64,000 bases of DNA from an uncultured SAR116 cluster alpha proteobacterium. GTDB taxonomy: Bacteria > Pseudomonadota > Alphaproteobacteria > Puniceispirillales > GCA-002684695. The stretch's first letter is position 1. Each line of letters starts with the position of its first letter. Positions 57,245-64,000 of the stretch are shown here, one piece after another. The notes beneath the pieces were generated by a model. The model did no database searches and was not told where the DNA came from. It was given only the letters and a program-made list of their open reading frames with translations. Location: positions 30,456-94,455 of the forward strand of contig CACMFN010000002.1 of the NCBI GenBank assembly GCA_902612965.1. The letters run 5' to 3'. The position numbers were made by a program, and so were the translations under genes.

Positions 57245-58636
57245 ATGACTGAAAACTTTATTTCAAAGAGTATTTTCAGAGAATACGACATAAGAGGCAT
57301 AGTCAATGAAACTCTTTTTCAAAATTGTGCTTATTTTATTGGGAAAGGTTTTTGTTCTCTTAATAAAGAGAAAAAAATTGATTCTATTGCAATTTGCCGA
57401 GATGGCAGATTATCAAGTCCAGAAATTTCAGAAGCATTAGTTAAAGGAATTTTAGAATCTGGTGTCAATGTTATTGATATTGGATGTGGACCAACTCCAA
57501 TGCTTTATTTTGCTTCAGTCTCTCTTCAAGTAGATGCTGCAATTATGGTAACTGGCAGTCATAATCCAAAAAATCACAACGGTTTTAAGATTGTTTTAAA
57601 AAATAAAAGTTTTTATGGAAAGAAAATACAACAACTGTATCAGTGTATTAATAAACAAAAATTTCAAAATGGTGTTGGAAAACTTATTACTAAAGACATA
57701 AAAGATGATTATATTTCTGACCTATTAAAACGTTCAGGACCTTTTCCAAATCTTAAAGTAATTTGGGATTGTGGAAACGGTGCAACTGGAGAAATTATCT
57801 CAAAAGTTGTTAAAAAAATACCTGGCAAACATAAAGTTTTATTTGATAAGATAGATGGCAATTTTCCAAATCATCACCCAGACCCAACAATAGAAAAAAA
57901 TTTAATTCACCTTAAAAACTCCTTAAAAACAGAAAGGGCGGATTTAGGTATATCATTTGATGGTGATGGTGATAGGATTGGTGTTGTGTCAAAAGATAGT
58001 AATTTAATATCAGGTGACTTACTAACTTCTTTCTTAAGTGGTAGTATTTTAAAAAAAAATAAAGATCAAAAAATAATTCTGGATGTTAAGTCTAGTGAAA
58101 AAGCTATTAAGTCCATAGAAGAGCAAAATGGTGTTGCTGTTATTTCTAAAACTGGTCACAGTCTAATTAAAGAAAAAATTAAAGAACTAAATGCACCCTT
58201 GGCAGGAGAAATGAGTGGGCATATTTTTTTCAATGACAATTGGTATGGTTTTGATGATGCAATATATACAGCACTAAGATGTCTACAAGAAATAAATTTT
58301 AGAAAAGGTGGATTAGAAGGTTTTATTGAAACTCTACCAAAGTCTTTTTCAAGCCCTGAAATTAGAATTGAATGCAAAGAAGAAGAAAAATTTAAAATAA
58401 TTGAAAATATTAAAGCTTTAGCTTTAAATAATTATGATTTATCAGACTTATTACTGATAGATGGTGTAAGGGCAAAAACAACTATAGGATGGTGGTTAAT
58501 TCGTGCTTCAAATACTCAAGCTGCTCTAATTGTATGTGCGGAAAGTGATACAAATGAAAATCTTAAGCAACTACTCATTAAGGTTAAAAATTACTTAAAA
58601 CTTGTAGGAATTAAAGAGATAAGTGAAAAAATATGA
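57245..58636 (+). CDS. Phosphomannomutase/phosphoglucomutase
   Basis: FREYDIRG, TGSHNP, DGDGDR, GEMSGH, RASNT. Confidence 0.95.
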   Translation: MTENFISKSIFREYDIRGIVNETLFQNCAYFIGKGFCSLNKEKKIDSIAICRDGRLSSPEISEALVKGILESGVNVIDIGCGPTPMLYFASVSLQVDAAIMVTGSHNPKNHNGFKIVLKNKSFYGKKIQQLYQCINKQKFQNGVGKLITKDIKDDYISDLLKRSGPFPNLKVIWDCGNGATGEIISKVVKKIPGKHKVLFDKIDGNFPNHHPDPTIEKNLIHLKNSLKTERADLGISFDGDGDRIGVVSKDSNLISGDLLTSFLSGSILKKNKDQKIILDVKSSEKAIKSIEEQNGVAVISKTGHSLIKEKIKELNAPLAGEMSGHIFFNDNWYGFDDAIYTALRCLQEINFRKGGLEGFIETLPKSFSSPEIRIECKEEEKFKIIENIKALALNNYDLSDLLLIDGVRAKTTIGWWLIRASNTQAALIVCAESDTNENLKQLLIKVKNYLKLVGIKEISEKI

Positions 58637-59619
58637 AATACGTATTGGTAACTGGTGGTGCTGGTTATATTGGAAGTTATATTTGTAAATTATTCTATGA
58701 TAAAGGATATATTCCAGTTACTTTTGATAATCTTTCTTTAGGAAACAAATGGTCAGTAAAATGGGGACCTTTAGAAGTAGGAGAATTATGTAGTGAAAAT
58801 GATCTACAAAAACTTTTTGAAAAATATAATTTTATGGGTGTAATTCATCTAGCAGCTCTATCTAATGTTTCAGAATCAGTAAATAATCCATCTATATATT
58901 ATAAAAATAACGTTATTGGTTCTTATAATTTAATAGAGAAAATGATTAAGTTTAATGTAAAAAATATTGTTTTTTCAAGTACTGCTGCTGTATATGGGAA
59001 CCCTATTCACTCACCTATTTGTGAAAACCATCCAACTCAACCGATAAACCCATATGGTGATAGCAAACTTACAATTGAGAAATTGATTTGTAATTATTCT
59101 AAATGTCACGAATTAAATTTTGTTATATTAAGATATTTTAATGTTTCTGGAAGTGATTTTTCAAATAATCTTGGAGAAGCTCACTTACCAGAAACTCATT
59201 TAATACCTCTAGCCCTTGAAGCAGCTCATCAAAACACTATTTTTAAAATTTATGGGGATAACTACCAAACAACTGATGGAACTTGTATTAGAGACTATAT
59301 TCATGTGAAGGATTTAGGGAATGTTCATTTATTAAGTTTTGAAAAATTAAACTCTTCAAAAGTAAATCAAATTATAAATGTTGGAGGAGGAAAAGGTTAT
59401 ACAGTTTATGAAATAATTAAATATGTAAAAAAAATTACAAATTTAGATTTAAAAACAGACGTAATAAAAAGAAGAAAAGGTGATCCAGATATTTTAGTTT
59501 CAGACATTAGCATGTCAAAAAATATTCTATCTTGGGAACCAGAGTATTCTGATGTTGAGCAGGTGATTTCAGATTCATGGGAATGGTACAAATATTATAA
59601 AACTCTAAGTCAAAGTTGA
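58633..59619 (+). CDS. galE: UDP-glucose 4-epimerase
   Basis: TGGAGYIG, FSSTAAVYG, PYGDSK, LRYFN, ETHLIP, DGTCIRDYIHV. Confidence 0.9.
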   Translation: MKYVLVTGGAGYIGSYICKLFYDKGYIPVTFDNLSLGNKWSVKWGPLEVGELCSENDLQKLFEKYNFMGVIHLAALSNVSESVNNPSIYYKNNVIGSYNLIEKMIKFNVKNIVFSSTAAVYGNPIHSPICENHPTQPINPYGDSKLTIEKLICNYSKCHELNFVILRYFNVSGSDFSNNLGEAHLPETHLIPLALEAAHQNTIFKIYGDNYQTTDGTCIRDYIHVKDLGNVHLLSFEKLNSSKVNQIINVGGGKGYTVYEIIKYVKKITNLDLKTDVIKRRKGDPDILVSDISMSKNILSWEPEYSDVEQVISDSWEWYKYYKTLSQS

Positions 59620-60536
59620 TTAATTTCATTTCTTAATGGAGCAGATAAAGCAGCTCCTTTTCTTGTGACTGATAAAGATGCTGCTTTATTTGCAAAATTT
59701 AGAGCATCCTCTAGTTCCATTTGTTCAGAAATTGCTGTTGCAAAGGTGCCATTAAATACATCACCTGCTCCTACAGTATCTATTACTTTTTCTTTAAGAT
59801 TAAAAGAAGGGATATAAATACCTCTAAGATCATTAGCATTTCTTGTACACAAAACGCCTTTTTCACCCATAGTAATAATAGATGTCCCAACACCTAATTC
59901 ACAAATTTTTCTTCCCGCAACCCTAGCATCATCTATACTTTGAACTCGAATTTTAGTTAGTGAACTAGCCTCATGCTCATTTGGTGTTAAATAGTCAACT
60001 AATTTGTAAGTGTCATGATTAATATTAAAGTAAGGTGCAGGATTTAATATTGTCGTTATGTTTTTAGATTTTGCCAGCATAAGGCAATATGATGCGATTT
60101 CTAAAGGTATTTCAAATCCTGTTAACATAATTGATGCATTATTTATTAAACTTATATTGTCATCGATCATTGATTGGTTAAGCCCTAATGCAGCACCTGG
60201 AACTACTATTATTGAATTCATACCATTTTTATCTACTGAGATTGCCGCTGAACCAGTGTTTTCGCCTTTTGCTATAATTAAACCTTCAGTATTAACATTT
60301 TCTTTTTGGTAAAGATTTAATCCAATATTAGCAAAATGATCATCTCCTATCCTTGCAATTAATGATACTTTTCCAGCAGCTCTAGAAATTGCTACTGCTT
60401 GGTTAGAACCTTTACCTCCAGGACCAATTGTATAGTTTTCACCAATTATTGTTTCACCAGGTGAAGGTAATTTATTTGCTTTAAAAGATAAATCTACAAC
60501 AAAGATACCAACTACAAGAATATTTTTTTTGTTCAT
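59610..60536 (-). CDS. rbsK: Ribokinase (PfkB family)
   Basis: LPSPGETI, GGKGSNQAVA, LNPAP, PNEHEA, DTVGAGD. Confidence 0.85.
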   Translation of the reverse strand: MNKKNILVVGIFVVDLSFKANKLPSPGETIIGENYTIGPGGKGSNQAVAISRAAGKVSLIARIGDDHFANIGLNLYQKENVNTEGLIIAKGENTGSAAISVDKNGMNSIIVVPGAALGLNQSMIDDNISLINNASIMLTGFEIPLEIASYCLMLAKSKNITTILNPAPYFNINHDTYKLVDYLTPNEHEASSLTKIRVQSIDDARVAGRKICELGVGTSIITMGEKGVLCTRNANDLRGIYIPSFNLKEKVIDTVGAGDVFNGTFATAISEQMELEDALNFANKAASLSVTRKGAALSAPLRNEINQL

Positions 60537-60609
60537 AAAACCTCAATTAAATAGACAAAATTAATATAATAAATAAAATATTCTAAATTTGATCAAAAAG
60601 TTAATCTAA

Positions 60610-62775
60610 ATGCAAGAATATAAAAAGATTCATAATCACTATATAAATAAATCGTTACATGATTTTATTTGCAAAGAACTTAAAAGTGAAAAAATTAAAT
60701 TAGATAGAATCTTTTGGAACAATTTAAGCAATATTATTTCAGAGTTAGAAAATAGTAGAAAAAATCTAATTGAAAAAAGAGCATTCTTGCAAAACAAAAT
60801 CACAAATTGGCATAAAAAAAATAAAGGTAAGTTTTTTAATAAAAATGAATATAAAAAATTTCTATTTGAAATAGGCTACATAGTTGAAGAAAAAAAAGAT
60901 TTTAAAATTAATACTAATAATATTGATCCAGAAATCTCATCTATCCCTGGCCCACAATTAGTAGTTCCTCTTTCTAATACAAGATACGCAATTAATGCTG
61001 CAAACAGTAGGTGGGGTAGTTTATATGATGCAATATATGGAACTGATATAATTCCAAATAAGAACAAATTTAAAATTACTAAAGATTATAATGAAAGCCG
61101 AGGAAGAGAAGTAATAAAGTACGCGAAAGCTCATCTAGATACTTTTTTTCCAATAGATAGTTGTTCTTATAAAGAAGTAACAAAAATTCAAATTATTAAT
61201 AATGAATTAATTTTTAAGGATACGAACTCTAATCTAAAGAAATTGCTTAATCCTATTCAGTTTTATGGTTATATTGGATTTGAGTCAGATCCTGAAGAAA
61301 TTATTCTTAACAAAAATGGTCTTCGTCTTCGTCTTCAATTAGATAATGAGCATCCTATAGGTAAGATTGATAGCTTTCAACTCAAAGATATAGTTATAGA
61401 ATCAGCACTATCAGTAATTATGGACTGTGAAGATTCAATTGTCTCAGTAGATACTACTGATAAAATAGAAACTTTTAGAAATTGGCTGAAACTATTAGAT
61501 GGGACAATTAAAACTGAATTTAAAAAAGATAAAAATTCTTTTGTAAGGGAGCTAGCTAAAGATATAGCTTACAAGAAGCCCAATGGAGAAGCTCATTATA
61601 TGAGCGGTTTATCACTTCTTTTAATTAGAAATGTTGGCCATCTGATGACTTCTTCTTCAATTATTGATCACAATAAAAATGAAATTGGTGAGGGTATCAT
61701 AGATACCTTACTTACCGCATTATGTTTTTTAAAAACTATTAATATTTCTAAAAACTCTAAATTTAAATCACTCTACATTGTAAAACCAAAAATGCATGGT
61801 CCTGAGGAAGTAAAATTTTCAGTTGATACATTTTCAGAGATTGAGAAACTTCTAAAGCTACCAGAAAACACAATTAAAATTGGGATAATGGATGAAGAAA
61901 GAAGAACAACCTTAAATTTAAAAGAGTGTATTAGGGCTGCAAAAAATAGAGTCTTTTTTATAAATACAGGCTTTCTTGATAGGACTGGAGATGAAATTCA
62001 TACCTCTATGGAGGCAGGCACAATGATAAAAAAGACTGAAATGAAAAATGTTAATTGGATAAAAGCATATGAAGAGTGGAATGTTCAAATTGGGTTAAAT
62101 TGTGGATTTTCTGGATTAGCTCAAATTGGAAAAGGTATGTGGGCTATGCCTGACATGATGTCATTAATGATGAAGGAAAAGATTGCACATTGTCAGTCAG
62201 GAGCAAATACTTCTTGGGTTCCTTCGCCTACAGCAGCAACACTTCATGCGTTACATTATCACAAAGTGGATGTAATAGAAGTACATAAAAAAAATATTAA
62301 AAAAAGATGTGTTACTATAGACGATTTATTAGATTTACCAATTATAAATAATCCAAACTGGACAGAAAATGAAATTAACAATGAACTTGAAAACAACATT
62401 CAAGGTATTCTTGGATACGTAGTTAAATGGGTTAATAATGGTATTGGTTGTTCAAAAGTACTAGATATTAATAATATAGGATTAATGGAAGATAGAGCTA
62501 CCTTAAGAATTTCTTCACAACATATTGCTAATTGGTTGTATCACGGTATATGTGACGAATCTAAAGTTCTTGAAGTTTTCAAAAAAATGGCTGTGATTGT
62601 TGACAAACAAAATGAGCATGATTCTGACTATATTCCAATGTCTAAAAATTTAAATAATTCTATAGCATTTCAAACGGCTGTTGAATTAGTTTTAATGGGA
62701 AAAGAACAACCATCTGGATATACTGAGCCTATTCTTCATGATGGTCGCTTGAAGTTTAAGAACAGTTGTAAATAA
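60610..62775 (+). CDS. glcB: Malate synthase G
   Basis: GPQLVVP, RWGSLYDA, DCEDS, RNVGH, KPKMHGPEE, NTGFLDRTGDE, MEDRATLRISSQ. Confidence 0.97.
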   Translation: MQEYKKIHNHYINKSLHDFICKELKSEKIKLDRIFWNNLSNIISELENSRKNLIEKRAFLQNKITNWHKKNKGKFFNKNEYKKFLFEIGYIVEEKKDFKINTNNIDPEISSIPGPQLVVPLSNTRYAINAANSRWGSLYDAIYGTDIIPNKNKFKITKDYNESRGREVIKYAKAHLDTFFPIDSCSYKEVTKIQIINNELIFKDTNSNLKKLLNPIQFYGYIGFESDPEEIILNKNGLRLRLQLDNEHPIGKIDSFQLKDIVIESALSVIMDCEDSIVSVDTTDKIETFRNWLKLLDGTIKTEFKKDKNSFVRELAKDIAYKKPNGEAHYMSGLSLLLIRNVGHLMTSSSIIDHNKNEIGEGIIDTLLTALCFLKTINISKNSKFKSLYIVKPKMHGPEEVKFSVDTFSEIEKLLKLPENTIKIGIMDEERRTTLNLKECIRAAKNRVFFINTGFLDRTGDEIHTSMEAGTMIKKTEMKNVNWIKAYEEWNVQIGLNCGFSGLAQIGKGMWAMPDMMSLMMKEKIAHCQSGANTSWVPSPTAATLHALHYHKVDVIEVHKKNIKKRCVTIDDLLDLPIINNPNWTENEINNELENNIQGILGYVVKWVNNGIGCSKVLDINNIGLMEDRATLRISSQHIANWLYHGICDESKVLEVFKKMAVIVDKQNEHDSDYIPMSKNLNNSIAFQTAVELVLMGKEQPSGYTEPILHDGRLKFKNSCK

Positions 62776-62836
62776 ATTAGCTTTTTATAAAAATTGTATT
62801 AGAGTTAAATCATTACTTAAAATACTGTGAAATAAA

Positions 62837-64000
62837 ATGGCAAATATTGATAATTCTAAAGAGAGATATAATTGGAAGGGTGTTTTAGGATACGCTTTTT
62901 ATGATTGGGCTTCCTCGCCAGTTCCGACATTACATGCTACATTTATTTTTGCAGTTTATTTTACAACTCAAATAGCCCCTGAAAATGGAACATCTTACTG
63001 GGGCTATATGACAGCTCTGGCCTCACTATCAGTAGCTTTTATTGCTCCTTTTCTTGGTGGCTTTGCGGACGCTAGATCAGTTAGAAAGTTTATGCTTTTA
63101 ATTTTCACTTTAATTGGTGGTATTAGTACGTGTTTTTTATGGAATATCTTTCCAGAAAATTCGTACATGATGCAAGCTTTGATAATTTCATTCATCTCAA
63201 TTTTTGCAATGGAAATAACATTTGTATTTTATAATTCACTTTTATCTTCCGTAGCCAAACCAAATCAAATGGGATTTGTCTCTGGAATTTCATGGGGATT
63301 TGGATATTTTGGAGCTATTGCGTGTCTTTTATTAGCTCTATTTATTTTTATTCAAGCTAAAGAGCCACCTTTTGGGCTAACTTGGGATAATGCTGGTCCT
63401 GTTAGAGCAACGATGATTTTGGCAGCTGTTTGGCTTTTTGTTTTCAGTATACCTGCATTTATTTTTATATCTGAAAAGAAAACTAATATTGAAAAAGTAA
63501 GCCCAATTAAAAGATTGATTAATGGGTTCAATATTATATTAAATATCCCTGGTTTATTGAGATTTATGGTTGCAAGAATGTTATATACTGACGGCTTAAC
63601 TGTTGTTTTTGCTTTTGCAGGTATATATGCTGCTAAAGTGTTTAATTTTCCTCAAGATAAAGTAATAATGTTTGCGATAGCTGTAAATATTTTTTGTGGA
63701 ATTGGCGCTATTGCTGGTGGGTTTATTGAAGATAGAATAGGCGCATTTAAAACTGTTAGATTATCTCTTTTTTGTTTATTAGTACTTGGAACCGGAATCT
63801 TACTTGCACCAACTGAAATTTGGTTTTGGTTTTTTGCTTTACTAGTAGGTATATTTATTGGTCCAGTTCAATCATCTAGTAGGTCTTTGGTTGCAAAATA
63901 TGCTCCTACTGAACATAGAGCACAAATATTTGGCTTCTATATGTTTGCTGGAAAATCTACATCATTTATTGGCCCCGCCATATATGGATGGTTAGTAATG
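62837..64000 (+). CDS. MFS transporter (UMF1/Atg22-like), partial; runs off the window end
   Basis: Not in the ORF track; ATG 62837 reads MANIDNSKERYNWKGVLGYAFYDWASSPVPT..., with FYNSLL, GPVQSSSRS and GKSTSFIGP motifs later in the gene. Confidence 0.88.
   Translation, partial: MANIDNSKERYNWKGVLGYAFYDWASSPVPTLHATFIFAVYFTTQIAPENGTSYWGYMTALASLSVAFIAPFLGGFADARSVRKFMLLIFTLIGGISTCFLWNIFPENSYMMQALIISFISIFAMEITFVFYNSLLSSVAKPNQMGFVSGISWGFGYFGAIACLLLALFIFIQAKEPPFGLTWDNAGPVRATMILAAVWLFVFSIPAFIFISEKKTNIEKVSPIKRLINGFNIILNIPGLLRFMVARMLYTDGLTVVFAFAGIYAAKVFNFPQDKVIMFAIAVNIFCGIGAIAGGFIEDRIGAFKTVRLSLFCLLVLGTGILLAPTEIWFWFFALLVGIFIGPVQSSSRSLVAKYAPTEHRAQIFGFYMFAGKSTSFIGPAIYGWLVM

Noticed and set aside
53920..59619. 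UDP-sugar cluster as a horizontally acquired polysaccharide island
   Set aside because: Only precursor enzymes; no glycosyltransferase, flippase, mobility gene or visible compositional shift
61321..61336. CTTCGT microrepeat in glcB
   Set aside because: In-frame coding for LRLRL; too short for a contingency locus
1085..63195. Many short ORFs in the track overlapping larger genes (e.g. 1085-1309, 3990-4397, 9444-9848, 35429-35743, 35844-36134, 48796-49161, 49008-49310, 63004-63195)
   Set aside because: Antisense or alternate-frame shadows of well-supported genes, with no motifs of their own
1..64000. tRNA, rRNA, riboswitch, CRISPR array, prophage, IS or defence system
   Set aside because: None recognised by eye, and intergenic gaps are short and AT-rich; an Infernal/tRNAscan run would be needed to exclude small structured RNAs

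Overview
A strongly AT-rich, gene-dense chromosomal segment. Gene content and order point to a streamlined, probably marine, alphaproteobacterium (inference). The left end is housekeeping: the end of atpD and atpC, converging with rplU-rpmA-obgE-proB-proA-nadD-rsfS-rlmH-gpmI-ctpA-rppH. The rest is mostly nutrient scavenging and central metabolism. It includes a carbohydrate ABC operon with an embedded non-canonical ArgH-like lyase, a divergent 816-aa PIG-L/LmbE amidase and a glucokinase; a desaturase/TIM-barrel/CWC operon; an ScfR(RamB)-aceA pair with a visible operator array; a carnitine catabolic cluster with a split Opp-type transporter; an ATPase-less sugar ABC unit; a UDP-sugar precursor cluster; glcB; and a truncated MFS gene. 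I recognised no rRNA, tRNA, CRISPR, integrase or transposase. The two most interesting observations are: (1) an alphaproteobacterial LexA box (GAAC-N7-GAAC, 11940-11954) directly upstream of an unannotated 48-aa hydrophobic ORF (11970-12116), a candidate SOS membrane micro-protein; and (2) the ABC + fumarate-eliminating lyase + PIG-L amidase + kinase locus, a candidate undescribed catabolic pathway for a sugar-dicarboxylate conjugate. All calls come from reading motifs by eye; no database searches were run.
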